Below, piece by piece: positions 10,392-20,895 of a stretch of 64,000 nucleotides of DNA; positions within the stretch are counted from its first letter, which is position 1, and each line of letters opens with the position of its first letter. Position numbers and translations under genes: made by a program. Under the pieces are notes generated by a model. The model was not told the origin of the DNA and did no database searches. It saw only the letters and a list, made by a program, of their open reading frames with translations. The DNA comes from an uncultured Deferribacteres bacterium (GTDB lineage: Bacteria > Zhuqueibacterota > JdFR-76 > DREG01), in assembly GCA_964464595.1 (NCBI GenBank), contig CAYXGW010000002.1:69408-133407 (forward strand), read 5' to 3'.

Positions 10392-12545
10392 CTAATTCCT
10401 TTTTGAAGTAGATTTAAATAGTATTTCCAGATCAAGCAAAGGTGAATAATTTTTCAAATATTGAACAGCTAATTTTTCTTCATATTCTAACGATGGCTGT
10501 TGATCTTTTTCCATTTCATAAATTGAAATTAAACCGGGTTTTAGATTAATTCTAGTATTAATTGAAATTAACTGTTCTTTCTCAAATTGAAATTCGCTGC
10601 CAATCAATGTTAAATCGCCTTTTAAAACATAAAAAAGAATTGGCATCATTTGCAATCTGGTTTTCGGTAGCCTGTTCTTTTTGCAGAAAGCGAAGACTTT
10701 CTTGGGAGGTTTTAAATTAGTTTTATCTTGTTGTGGAGAAAAATTCTGTGGATCTAAATCATAGTCTCCTATCCTGGTAAAAATTGGGAATTTTCTTAAT
10801 CGATTTCCCTGCAGAAATAAGATTGGCCAGGCTGGGATACTGACTAACAAAAGAGGCAAAGCAAATGTCCAGTCTACTAATCTCTTTAAAAATCGGTAGC
10901 TTGGTTTGAGTAAGCGATATCGAATTTCGACTAATGAAATTCCTTCTAATCTCTGCAATGTCTGGGCACCAATAAGAACACCCATGTCGTTAGAAGCAAT
11001 TTTAAAGTCCACACCCAAATCTTGTGACTGAGAAATTAAACTAAAGATCTTTTCATATGCAATAGAATCAGGACTAAAAACAACTTCATTGACTTCGAGC
11101 TCTCGAATATATCTCGGAAGATGGTTTACATCGAAAAAAAGAGGTAGGGTTGCGGCTCCGTTAAGATTGTAAACGTTAGAATCCGTTAAAAGTAACGCAA
11201 CAATTTTTGAATCAGTTAAATGAGATTCTTGTAGCTTTTTCACCAAATTTGAAAGAGAAATTCCATCACCAACAATCATTGTTCTTCTTTCTACTACGCT
11301 ATTCCTGATGCGATCGAAAAGTGGAGCTCTACTTTTCTTTGCAAGTCGATATAATGCCCATCTCCATCCGGGAATAAAGAATAAATTTAGTATTCCTGCG
11401 AGCAAAATAACAATTCGCGAGAAAGCAAATGATTTAGCAAAAAATGTAATTGTCGAATTCAATGCTAAACCAAGCAATACGGCTCCTACAGCATTCGCCA
11501 CAGAAAATTTCCGAATGTTAGAAAGCTCAAAGAAATAAAATACCATTAACCAAACAGAGGAATAAATTAGGGTGACCATTAGGTAGGATTGCCAGTGAAC
11601 TAATGATCCAAAACGGAGGTAAATGGCAATCATCAAAGAAATATTCAAGACAAATAAATCAACAATTGACCACTTAATCTTTAGAAACAAATTATGCATA
11701 AAAGACATAAACCCTCGTAATCCAATACCCAAAACCAAGACCCATTGAGGAAGCAAAAAATACCTGCCTTTGAAATGTTTACGCACAAATAAAAGCATCG
11801 CACGGTAGAATTGAAGCAAAGTATCAAATTGAGCTTCTGTAGAACTTGAGCCTTTATAATGAATAATCTGCGTTGTGGGAACATAGTAGATTTTCCAACC
11901 GGCACCGGACACACGATGGCACAAATCCAAATCTTCACCATACATAAAAAACAGATCATCGAACCTCCCCACCTGGTCAATAATGGTTCTTGGCATCATC
12001 ATAAATGATCCTGATATGGCTTCAACTTCCGTAATTTCATTAGGATTCAAATAGGTTAAATTGTATTTACCAAATAATTGACTTTTGGGGAAAAGCTTGC
12101 TAAGACCCACTAATTTAGTGAAACCGACCCAAGGTGTAGGAATACTCCTCCGACAAGAAAGCTGCAAACTACCATCAGGATTGAGTATTTTGCAGCCAAC
12201 AATTCCAGCTTTTGGATGTTGTGAAAAAAAATCAAGTAATGTCTTAAAAGTATCTTCCTGAACTATCGTATCTGGATTAAGAAATATGAGATATTCACCC
12301 AGACTTTCATCAATCGCTAAATTGTTTGCCTTTGCGAATCCAACATTTGTTGTTTTCGAAATCAAATTTACTTCAGGAAAATCTTTTTGCACCATCGCTG
12401 CACTGCCATCCCACGAGGCATTGTCTACAACGATTATTTCTGATGATATTCCCGGTAAAGATCTTTGGACTGAATTAATGGTTTGATAAAGAAACTCTCT
12501 GACATTGTAACTCACTATGATTATTGATAATACAGGCTTTGACAT
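10392..12545 (-). CDS. GT2 glycosyltransferase fused to membrane domain and degenerate WcaJ/PglC-like sugar-transferase domain
   Basis: N-terminal GT2 (IIVSYN, VVDNAS, NPDT, FFMYGEDLDLC); TM region; C-terminal KRLVDWTFA...LFYVLKGDLTLIG; start revised to MSKPVL. Confidence 0.8.
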   Translation of the reverse strand: MSKPVLSIIIVSYNVREFLYQTINSVQRSLPGISSEIIVVDNASWDGSAAMVQKDFPEVNLISKTTNVGFAKANNLAIDESLGEYLIFLNPDTIVQEDTFKTLLDFFSQHPKAGIVGCKILNPDGSLQLSCRRSIPTPWVGFTKLVGLSKLFPKSQLFGKYNLTYLNPNEITEVEAISGSFMMMPRTIIDQVGRFDDLFFMYGEDLDLCHRVSGAGWKIYYVPTTQIIHYKGSSSTEAQFDTLLQFYRAMLLFVRKHFKGRYFLLPQWVLVLGIGLRGFMSFMHNLFLKIKWSIVDLFVLNISLMIAIYLRFGSLVHWQSYLMVTLIYSSVWLMVFYFFELSNIRKFSVANAVGAVLLGLALNSTITFFAKSFAFSRIVILLAGILNLFFIPGWRWALYRLAKKSRAPLFDRIRNSVVERRTMIVGDGISLSNLVKKLQESHLTDSKIVALLLTDSNVYNLNGAATLPLFFDVNHLPRYIRELEVNEVVFSPDSIAYEKIFSLISQSQDLGVDFKIASNDMGVLIGAQTLQRLEGISLVEIRYRLLKPSYRFLKRLVDWTFALPLLLVSIPAWPILFLQGNRLRKFPIFTRIGDYDLDPQNFSPQQDKTNLKPPKKVFAFCKKNRLPKTRLQMMPILFYVLKGDLTLIGSEFQFEKEQLISINTRINLKPGLISIYEMEKDQQPSLEYEEKLAVQYLKNYSPLLDLEILFKSTSKRN

Positions 12546-12549
12546 GTGA

Positions 12550-13278
12550 CTATTCAACCTTACCAAATATTTGTAATAATTTAAGCCGCCATACTTCCCA
12601 AATTGCTTCCCTAACAATTTTTTTAGACATTTTAGAAGTACCTAAAACCCGATCCACAAAAACGATTGGTATTTCTTTAATTCTAAATCCTTTTTTCCAA
12701 GCTTTAAAATTCATTTCGATTTGAAAAGAATATCCACCCGAATCAATTTTTTCAAGGTTAATATTTTCCAAAACCGATCGTCGAAAACATTTAAAACCAC
12801 TGGTGCTATCTTTGATTTTTAGTCCTGTTACAATCCTTGTATAAGAATTTGCTCCATAACTTAAAATCAGCCGACTTAGGGGCCAATTGATCACATTTAC
12901 ACCCTGGATGTACCTGGAACCAATAACAAGATCACAATTTTGAATCGCTGTTATAAAATTCGGAATTTCCCGGGGTTCATGAGAAAAATCAGCATCCATT
13001 TCAAAAATATAATCATATCCATTTTTTAATGATTCCTTGAAACCGGCAACATAAGCAGAACCCAATCCCTTCTTTTTTTCTCTTTCAAGAAGTTGTAAAT
13101 TCTTGTAGTTTTTTTGGTATTCCTTTACTAAACCGGCCGTGTTATCCGGAGAATTGTCATCAACTACTAATATATCAAGGTTTGGAATTTTTAAAGAAAA
13201 AATATCATCTATGATTTGGCGAATATTATTTGCTTCATTATACGTAGGAATAATAACCTGGCAGTTTTTATCCTCCAT
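12550..13278 (-). CDS. Polyprenol monophosphomannose synthase (Dpm1/Ppm1-like GT2)
   Basis: IIPTYNE, VVDDNSPDNT, KGLGSAY, EMDADFSH, DSTSGFKCFRR, GYSFQIEM; alternative GTG start at 13347. Confidence 0.85.
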   Translation of the reverse strand: MEDKNCQVIIPTYNEANNIRQIIDDIFSLKIPNLDILVVDDNSPDNTAGLVKEYQKNYKNLQLLEREKKKGLGSAYVAGFKESLKNGYDYIFEMDADFSHEPREIPNFITAIQNCDLVIGSRYIQGVNVINWPLSRLILSYGANSYTRIVTGLKIKDSTSGFKCFRRSVLENINLEKIDSGGYSFQIEMNFKAWKKGFRIKEIPIVFVDRVLGTSKMSKKIVREAIWEVWRLKLLQIFGKVE

Positions 13279-13403
13279 AATTTTTTGAGCCTCTTTAAGC
13301 TTGCGTAAGCTATTTTCCGTAGATCTATAAAAAGAAGCAAATTCCACAAAAACTCCTGTTTACCATTCTATTAAATCAAATTATTTTGAGTCGATTCATT
13401 AGA

Positions 13404-14291
13404 TCACTCAACCATGGTCTGTTTTAATTTTTTTAAACTACCATTGAGCGAAAACATGTTAATACCGTATGTATCTTGAACTTTCAAAACATTAAGACCA
13501 ACATTAAGTGGTCTTTTTGCTAATTGCTTAAATTCGCTGGTTTTTATTCGCGTGATAAAGTCCGGAATATAGTTAAACTCTTTTGCAACAGCAATAGCCA
13601 AATCATACCTGGAAATTGGTTTATCACCTGCTAAATGGAACAAACCGGTAGCTTTCTTTTCCAGTAATTCTCGACAAGAGTATGCCAGATAATCTGCAAT
13701 AGTTGGATTTCCAATTTGATCATCAACTACTCGAATTGAATTACCATTTCTAAGTTCTGTTAACACCCAAAGGACAAAGTTAGCCTGAATATTATAACCA
13801 TATCCAAAAAGCACAGCTGTTCGGCCAATCAAGAATTCACAACCACTATCAAGAATTGCTTTTTCGCCATCCAGTTTAGATTGACCGTAATAATTAATTG
13901 GGGTTGCCGGATCAGATTCGTTATAATTTCCTTTACCGCCATCAAATACATAATCAGTGGAAATGTGTAAAAGTTTTATGTTTTCCATAAAACATATCCT
14001 GGCAAGATTTTGGACTCCAGCAACATTAACCGCATAGCAAATTTTTTTTTCAATCTCGGCACGGTCAACAGCAGTATATGCAGAAGCGTTAAAAATGATG
14101 TCTGGTTCAGATTCCTGAATTACCGCCTCGACAGTTTTCGGATCTGTTATATCCATCTTGAAATATGGAATTCCCTTGTGGATGGATTCCGAACTTAAAT
14201 CTGCACCACAGAGTTCATATTTTGGAGTTAGTTCAATACTGGCTTTTTGCCCTAAAAGACCATTACACCCAACAATTAGTACTTTTTCCAA
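13404..14291 (-). CDS. rfbD: dTDP-4-dehydrorhamnose reductase
   Basis: GCNGLLG, AYTAVDRAE, HISTDYVFDG, YGQSKLDGE, VDDQIGNPT. Confidence 0.9.
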   Translation of the reverse strand: MEKVLIVGCNGLLGQKASIELTPKYELCGADLSSESIHKGIPYFKMDITDPKTVEAVIQESEPDIIFNASAYTAVDRAEIEKKICYAVNVAGVQNLARICFMENIKLLHISTDYVFDGGKGNYNESDPATPINYYGQSKLDGEKAILDSGCEFLIGRTAVLFGYGYNIQANFVLWVLTELRNGNSIRVVDDQIGNPTIADYLAYSCRELLEKKATGLFHLAGDKPISRYDLAIAVAKEFNYIPDFITRIKTSEFKQLAKRPLNVGLNVLKVQDTYGINMFSLNGSLKKLKQTMVE

Positions 14292-14537
14292 CTCACTGTG
14301 CCTTTACAGTATTATAAGATTTATTCCTAAGATAAAAGATATAAAATAACAACGAAAGTGCAAACAGAACCCATATACACAAATTTAACTCTTCTTCTTT
14401 TTTCCCAATTGGTTTACACCATGAATACAGAAAAAAACCCGGTTGCCATTCCAATTTTAAACGATTTTCATTATTTGATTGGGATTGATTTTAAGAAATC
14501 AGGAATGGTTTAGAAGTTTAGATTCAGGTTTGTACGG

Positions 14538-15032
14538 TTATATTTTAGAACCCTGTTTACGAAACAACCTCAATTTTTCAGTAATATCACGATCACTTAG
14601 GGCTAATATTTCAACATCAAGAACAGCAGCATTCGTGGCGCCAGCTTTTCCAACATCTACGGTAGCTACAGGTATTCCGGATGGCATTTGAACAATGGAG
14701 TAAAGTGCATCAACCCCGTTTAAATGAGATCCGGGCAATGGTACCCCTATCACAGGCACTATTGTTTTTGACGCAATCACTCCAGGTAAATGAGCAGCCA
14801 TACCCGCAGCGGCTATAATTATTTTAGTACCACGCATCTCCAATTGTGATAAATATTCCTGCAGCGCATCTGGATTCCTATGAGCAGAAAGAACTTTCAT
14901 TTCATTTGAGATACCAAAATAATCCAAATATTTCGTACAAGATTGCATAATCTCTTCATCCGATTGACTTCCGATAATCACACTAACAAGAATTTTATGG
15001 AACCTTTCCATTTCAACCACCTGTTTCATCAC
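14538..15032 (-). CDS. purE: N5-carboxyaminoimidazole ribonucleotide mutase
   Basis: GSQSD, SAHRNP, AGMAAHLPG, PVIGVP, VQMPSGIPVATV. Confidence 0.95.
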   Translation of the reverse strand: MMKQVVEMERFHKILVSVIIGSQSDEEIMQSCTKYLDYFGISNEMKVLSAHRNPDALQEYLSQLEMRGTKIIIAAAGMAAHLPGVIASKTIVPVIGVPLPGSHLNGVDALYSIVQMPSGIPVATVDVGKAGATNAAVLDVEILALSDRDITEKLRLFRKQGSKI

Positions 15033-16062
15033 GCACTACTTCTATTTTTGTTTTAAAAGTTCTGGCCATCGCATTTAACTGATCCAATAATGGCACTTTC
15101 TCCATATCAGGTGCAAAAACTGAGCAATCCATCATATATATTCGCCGGGAATTATCATCATAAAATGCATATGCGACAAACGGACCTCCGGCCACTTTTT
15201 CTACATTCTCCCATAATCCTTCAATTTTTAGGCACCACTTCCCCAAAAAATTAATCTCTTTGCTACTGGTGTATTTTCGATTCACAGTATCACCACCATA
15301 ATACTTAACACCAATACTATCCCGCATATCAAGATACCATTCCTTAGTGATTTTATACCGGTCACTATTCTCGAACCATTTTACAAACATCCATCGCTCA
15401 GGAATTCGCCTTCTTAAAAAAACAAATTGCCCGGCCGAATCTTCAATCGCCAGACTATAATCATGCTGAACCTTGACTTTCCATAAATATTTTTCTAATA
15501 AACCATCTGAAGCATCTTTGTTCTCTGATCTACGGTACATAAATCGATCAACAACTTTCTGTTGATGCTCTAGCATCGTCTCATAAATTAAGTCACTATT
15601 TTCACGAATTAATTTTCCAAGATTCAAAATGGTAGTGGATGCCATAATTAAGTTGAGTTGTTCTCTACCCCATTGATCCGTATTTTTAAACAAAAAACTT
15701 TCACCGCTTTTTACTTTTTCTTCTCTTTCAGGATCATTGACTGCTCTTTTAACAATATCCGCAATACTCCCCTCTGATTCTAAACTAGCTAAAAAAATAA
15801 GTTGTTTCTGTGGAAGAGAATATTGAAAACTATCCGGGTTTACATGTACCAGGTTAAAATGAAATTCCTTTTGAGGAGTCCTAATGGTTCGATTAAAAAC
15901 CTCAGAAAGGACCGGATTGAGTTGATCCCAATCCGAATATTCACAAAAAATATATATATTATAATCAGGACCTCTTACAAGCTCCGTTTTATAACACCCA
16001 TTAAATATTAAAAAAACAAACACCAGTAATATAATTTTGTTGTATTTCATGATAATTACCAT
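15013..16062 (-). CDS. DUF4837-like lipoprotein
   Basis: Lipobox-like IFNGC; PQKEFHF, EGLWE...GGPF motif. Confidence 0.65.
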   Translation of the reverse strand: MVIIMKYNKIILLVFVFLIFNGCYKTELVRGPDYNIYIFCEYSDWDQLNPVLSEVFNRTIRTPQKEFHFNLVHVNPDSFQYSLPQKQLIFLASLESEGSIADIVKRAVNDPEREEKVKSGESFLFKNTDQWGREQLNLIMASTTILNLGKLIRENSDLIYETMLEHQQKVVDRFMYRRSENKDASDGLLEKYLWKVKVQHDYSLAIEDSAGQFVFLRRRIPERWMFVKWFENSDRYKITKEWYLDMRDSIGVKYYGGDTVNRKYTSSKEINFLGKWCLKIEGLWENVEKVAGGPFVAYAFYDDNSRRIYMMDCSVFAPDMEKVPLLDQLNAMARTFKTKIEVVRDETGG

Positions 16063-16150
16063 TAAACAAATTATTCTATTTTGAATTAAAGATGTAGTCT
16101 TTCCTTTAAATTATAAAGACAGAACAACCAAATCAATAGTTTTATATCAC

Positions 16151-17095
16151 TTACTTTGGCTGCTTTGGAAAATTCTGCTTGAGTACATACAACATGCCCG
16201 GTCCTGAATTTGTTACGCTTAAGATATGCATGATTAGTGCTAGACTAAACGCTCGAATATAATATAAGTTTTTAAACCGTTTTTTGGAGAACTTTTTTTC
16301 AATAAATATCTTTTCACTCAGTATACAATTATAGTAAATATCATATGGGATGACTGTACTTTTAATCAATTGAAGACCATGCATTTTGACAAATTTTTTC
16401 ATTGAGACTGGCGAAAAATGGTGTAGTCTCCTGGGGGCATCCAGAAAAGCCCAATATTTATGATAAATCAAAAAATCCAGACTTATTAAATTTGGTAATG
16501 CGACATATATTAAACCATTTTCCTTTAACAAACTTATTGCAAGCTCTAAAGCTTCCCTGGGGTCTAAAAAATGATCCAATGAATGCCAAAAAGTAATGAC
16601 ATCAAAATGATTCTCATATTTTGGCACAAGTTGTATAAGGTCATAATAAATTTTGAGCCCTAAAGTTTTGGATGCATATTCTCCCTGAATAGATTTTTTT
16701 CCGACACCAACAACTTCCCAAAGTTGGCGCCTCATTTCCTGAAGAAAATCACCGTTTCTGCACCCCACATCTAATAATTGACCAACGCCTATTTCTTTTT
16801 GAATCCTTTTTCTTCTCCACTTAACTGAATAAGGATGAAAAAAATCATACAGCTTCTCAGTAAATTTTCCAACAAAAAAATTAGAACCAATTAATGGATT
16901 TATATTTTCTGATGAATATGCGGTATTATGTGTTTCTTTATCAAGATGTGGATAAATTGAGCATATTCGACACTTTTGGCACTGGACTATATCAATTGAA
17001 GAATTCGTTTTTGAATAATGATCAAAAGTGGTTACTATTTTTTTGTAATGTTTGTTTTTACAAAATCTACATTCAAATTGTAGAGCATTTTCCAT
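16151..17095 (-). CDS. Class I SAM-dependent methyltransferase with N-terminal Cys pairs
   Basis: CRFC...CQKC, LLDVGCRNG, FDVITFWHSLDH, LDAPRRLHHFS. Confidence 0.8.
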   Translation of the reverse strand: MENALQFECRFCKNKHYKKIVTTFDHYSKTNSSIDIVQCQKCRICSIYPHLDKETHNTAYSSENINPLIGSNFFVGKFTEKLYDFFHPYSVKWRRKRIQKEIGVGQLLDVGCRNGDFLQEMRRQLWEVVGVGKKSIQGEYASKTLGLKIYYDLIQLVPKYENHFDVITFWHSLDHFLDPREALELAISLLKENGLIYVALPNLISLDFLIYHKYWAFLDAPRRLHHFSPVSMKKFVKMHGLQLIKSTVIPYDIYYNCILSEKIFIEKKFSKKRFKNLYYIRAFSLALIMHILSVTNSGPGMLYVLKQNFPKQPK

Positions 17096-18155
17096 TGATA
17101 ATTTTTACTTTAAAGATTTCTGATACTTTCCTTTTTCGACAAAGATAATATTGCCAAACAATACTCCCCCAAAACATTTGTCTCAACAATTGTGAATCTT
17201 GTACAGTTCTTAACCTTTGAATTGCTTTATGCTTTTTAAATATTTTCGCAAAATGCCTGATCACATATAATTGTGCCATTAAAACTGCAAAGGGTCTTTT
17301 CCAATTCAACAGACATAAAAATAACGTTCCAGTTACAATTTCCATTACTATGCGAAGCGGATAGATCCAAAGCAATGATTTTAGCTGATAATTTTTAAGT
17401 AACAATACCAAATTATTGCGGTGATTTAAAAACATTTTTTGCCAGTTTTCATAACCCAATGAATATCCGGAATGATGATAAACGATTGATTCGAAATTTG
17501 AACAAGATCGATAACCTCGTAAATGTAATCGCCAATTTAAATCAATTTCTTCCATATGCGCAAAGAAATCTTCATCAAACAGGCCTACTTCATCCAGTGC
17601 CGATTTTCGCCAAATTGAGGAACAACCCGAGGTCCAAAAAACCTCAAAATTTTCCAAATAATTATTTTTATCATCTTCCATAGAATCAAAAATTCTTCCT
17701 ATCGCAAAGGGATAGCCAAATATATCGATCAATCCTCCCATTGCACCGGCATAGTCAAATTTTCCTTTATTTGTTAAGGAGAGTAATCTACTTTGACAAG
17801 CGGCAATGTTAGCATTTCCCTCCATTGTTTCCACAAGAGGACCCAGCCAATTCGTGTCTACAATAGTATCATTATTCAATAAAACAACATAATCCCCTTC
17901 AGCCTTTTTAATGCCAATGTTACATCCACCGGCAAAACCAAGATTCTCTTTATTGTTGATGAGTATTAAATTGGATACAGAACCAGATAACGATTTTGGA
18001 TCCAATTTTGTACCATTATCAACAACTATTATTTGGTAATTAGAATAATTAATTTGCCGGATAGAATTTAAACACGAATTTAAAATTTCTACCGGCCCAA
18101 TATGGGGTATGATTATACTAACAAGCGGATTAGAACCCCTCCCTTCTGCTGCCAA
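17073..18155 (-). CDS. Glycosyltransferase family 2 (rhamnosyltransferase-like)
   Basis: VVDNGT, NLGFAGGCN, LLNNDT, FFAHMEEIDLNWR. Confidence 0.9.
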   Translation of the reverse strand: MAAEGRGSNPLVSIIIPHIGPVEILNSCLNSIRQINYSNYQIIVVDNGTKLDPKSLSGSVSNLILINNKENLGFAGGCNIGIKKAEGDYVVLLNNDTIVDTNWLGPLVETMEGNANIAACQSRLLSLTNKGKFDYAGAMGGLIDIFGYPFAIGRIFDSMEDDKNNYLENFEVFWTSGCSSIWRKSALDEVGLFDEDFFAHMEEIDLNWRLHLRGYRSCSNFESIVYHHSGYSLGYENWQKMFLNHRNNLVLLLKNYQLKSLLWIYPLRIVMEIVTGTLFLCLLNWKRPFAVLMAQLYVIRHFAKIFKKHKAIQRLRTVQDSQLLRQMFWGSIVWQYYLCRKRKVSEIFKVKIINGKCSTI

Positions 18156-18196
18156 ATTTCCATCCTCTCCAACTCAGTAAATTGTTAAAAAAGTTC

Positions 18197-20836
18197 CTAC
18201 TGATTTCCTTCAGAATCCTGTGTTTTAACAGAATCCTGGGTATTAACAGAATCCTGCGTTTTAACAGAATCTTTAGGCGTTAATTTACTTTGAAAATCTG
18301 ACAGGAGTTGACGCGCCATCTCATCCGTAGGATACTGTTCCAAATATTTGTTCATTAATTCAACTGCTTTCTCGTAATTTTCTGTTCTTTGATAAAAACC
18401 CAACAAAGCTGCATACGCATCTCTAAGTTTGGGATTTCGTTCTATAATCTCCCAAGCCCGCCTTTCCAATTCCTCCGGACGGCCAAGGGTTTCATATAAA
18501 TGTCCAATTGATAAACCGAAGCGGTAATCCGTAAATGGGACATTACTCTCTGGTATTAATTCTTCCATTTTATCCAATGTGGTTAATGCTTTCTCATTAT
18601 CATTTTCGATCCGATAATGATCTGCCAATCGAATAAAGGCAGTACGGTAATTAGTCAGTAATCCCTTTGTTTTATCGTCCAGGTATACTTTTGGATCATT
18701 GAGATTTCGGAATAAAAATTTTTCAAAGAGATTTTCCTGGAGTCTGGTTACCGATATCCGAACGTTGGGATAAGGCAATAATTTGAAGGCCATTCCATCC
18801 ATTCTTAAATAAGATTGCAAGCCAACTTTATTATTATCTCCGACAGTAACAGCGAAATAAATAGGCTTCTTCCATTGATTTGCCGCAATGATATTTAATA
18901 TTGCCAAATCTTGTACTCGAAGGGCTTGTGGTGGGCTGCCAATTGTTGGATTGATTGTAAACTTCATTGAACCTGAGTCCACCAGATCATCTTTCCATTC
19001 TCCCCTGTCCATCATGTTGGTCTTAAATTTATCATAGACCAACTGAGAGATCGGCACTTCATACTCTGTTGGTCCGGGCCAACCCATCAGGCCAATTCTT
19101 TCAATCTGTTGATCGGTATAAGTAAATGGCACTTTTGGTTCCTGGTTTTTAAGTTGCAAAATATACCAGGATGTATTAAGCAGGGAAAGATTCACAATCC
19201 TGATATCCTCCCTTATATGCTTTACGTACTGCAAATACCATAACGGAAAGGTATCATTGTCTCCATTTGTAAAGATAATAGCATTAGGCTCACAAGATTC
19301 GAGAATATTGTATGAATAATCGTAAGGGACAAAATTCCCCCTACGATCATGGGAATCAAAATTAACCAAGAACATATTTATTGGCAGTGCAATCCCTAAA
19401 ATGAAAAGAGTTGCCCAGGTAATGGGTTTAAGCAGTTTGTTTTCTTCGGAGAGAAATTCTCGCAACGACTCAAAAATAGCATAAACTCCAATCCCAATCC
19501 AAATGGCAAATGCAAAGAAACTACCCACGTAAACATAATCTCGCTCTCGTGGCTGTGGATTTTCCTGGTTGAGATAAAATATAATTGCTACACCAGTCGC
19601 GATAAAAAGAGTAAGAACCGAAAATGCATGCATCTTATCTTTACGAAAATGGTAGTAAGCGCCAACGATGCCGGCAATAAATGGAATTCCCAGCAACCCC
19701 TTTAAACTAAACACTTCGATGATATACCCATCAGAACCAATTGTTGTACCCTTACCGATAAACTGCCAGTTAAAATATCGGATGTACATTTTCTGAAACT
19801 GGTAAGCCCAAAACTCGGCTTTTCGATGAAAAATGGTTAGCAAAAGACTTTGTTCACCATATTGCTTCCTCGCCAGGTAATCCATCATACTACTCCATCT
19901 TTCAGGATCATTTTCATCGATCGGCGGATTTAGTCCTGAACGAATATAAATCACAATATAGGTTGAATATCCAATTACAAACAGAATGGGAACAAGCCAC
20001 CACAGTTTAAAAGCCAATTGATCTTTAGCATACAAGTAATATAGTGTTATTGCCAGGGTAACCAATCCCGCGTACTTGAGAAATGTTCCAGCTTTTGCCT
20101 GGTGAGCAAGGAACTGTTCATATCCCATAGACGCAGGGTTATAATTAAAGAACAGGATATACAGAGTAAGTGGAATAAGCGCCTGAAAAAATAAAACCCA
20201 AACTAATTTTTTTGCAGATTCATTTTTTCTAAGGTGAATAATGAATAGCACAAATAGAAAAGTGAGTATATTTAATAAGTGAATTCCAGTAGCCAGGCTA
20301 AACAGATAAACAATTAAAACAAGGTAACTTAAATTCTTATTATCCTCTGAATTATCTCCCCATAAAAGTATAAGCCAGACCACAATTGCAGTAAACAACA
20401 TGCTAATCGCATAAACCTCAGCTTCTACGGCATTGAACCAGAAACTGTCTGAAAATGCGAATGAAAGTGCACCGATAGCTGCGCTGCCAAAGACCAACAG
20501 GCGATCGTAATAATTTTGCGGTTTTCCACGAAACTGGTTGATCAAACGTACGATAATTAAATAAAGGAACATAATGGTTAGTGCACTTGAAAACACCGAC
20601 ATTAAATTTATGCGAAAAGCGATATTACTGATCGGAAGAAATGTAAAAATTCGGCCTAAAAGTATGTAAAGCGGGGCCCCGGGTGGGTGCATCACACTTA
20701 ATGTATAAGAACAAGCTATGAACTCGCCAGCATCCCAAAAAGAAACATCCGGGGCAGCGGTGACTAAATAGACGAAACTCGCAACGATAAGCATTGCGGC
20801 TGCGATCCATCGATTCAATACTTTATTTTGATCCAT
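18197..20836 (-). CDS. DUF2723 (TMEM260-like) multi-TM glycosyltransferase with C-terminal TPR-like region
   Basis: SFWDAGEF, HPPGAPLY, SFWFNAVEAEVY, ERDYVYVGSF, IFTNGDNDTFPLWYLQ. Confidence 0.85.
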   Translation of the reverse strand: MDQNKVLNRWIAAAMLIVASFVYLVTAAPDVSFWDAGEFIACSYTLSVMHPPGAPLYILLGRIFTFLPISNIAFRINLMSVFSSALTIMFLYLIIVRLINQFRGKPQNYYDRLLVFGSAAIGALSFAFSDSFWFNAVEAEVYAISMLFTAIVVWLILLWGDNSEDNKNLSYLVLIVYLFSLATGIHLLNILTFLFVLFIIHLRKNESAKKLVWVLFFQALIPLTLYILFFNYNPASMGYEQFLAHQAKAGTFLKYAGLVTLAITLYYLYAKDQLAFKLWWLVPILFVIGYSTYIVIYIRSGLNPPIDENDPERWSSMMDYLARKQYGEQSLLLTIFHRKAEFWAYQFQKMYIRYFNWQFIGKGTTIGSDGYIIEVFSLKGLLGIPFIAGIVGAYYHFRKDKMHAFSVLTLFIATGVAIIFYLNQENPQPRERDYVYVGSFFAFAIWIGIGVYAIFESLREFLSEENKLLKPITWATLFILGIALPINMFLVNFDSHDRRGNFVPYDYSYNILESCEPNAIIFTNGDNDTFPLWYLQYVKHIREDIRIVNLSLLNTSWYILQLKNQEPKVPFTYTDQQIERIGLMGWPGPTEYEVPISQLVYDKFKTNMMDRGEWKDDLVDSGSMKFTINPTIGSPPQALRVQDLAILNIIAANQWKKPIYFAVTVGDNNKVGLQSYLRMDGMAFKLLPYPNVRISVTRLQENLFEKFLFRNLNDPKVYLDDKTKGLLTNYRTAFIRLADHYRIENDNEKALTTLDKMEELIPESNVPFTDYRFGLSIGHLYETLGRPEELERRAWEIIERNPKLRDAYAALLGFYQRTENYEKAVELMNKYLEQYPTDEMARQLLSDFQSKLTPKDSVKTQDSVNTQDSVKTQDSEGNQ
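18211..18272 (-). repeat. Tandem 18-nt coding repeat (DSV-K/N-TQ) at the DUF2723 C-terminus
   Basis: cagaatcctg(t/g/c)gt(t/a)ttaa at 18211, 18229, 18247 plus partial copy at 18265. Confidence 0.9.
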
Positions 20837-20895
20837 TCATTTTCTCCAAAATTCATATCACTTTAGAACCAAATTTAACAATTTGCTCTAATTAT

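Noticed and set aside
14293-14454. Possible 53-aa TM-containing ORF between purE and rfbD (TTG start, minus strand)
   Set aside because: No RBS or recognisable family; AT-rich intergenic DNA easily yields such ORFs
18211-18272. CRISPR-like array (also the 36-nt repeat at 1591-1662)
   Set aside because: Repeats are contiguous with no spacers, in frame within coding sequence, and no cas genes are present
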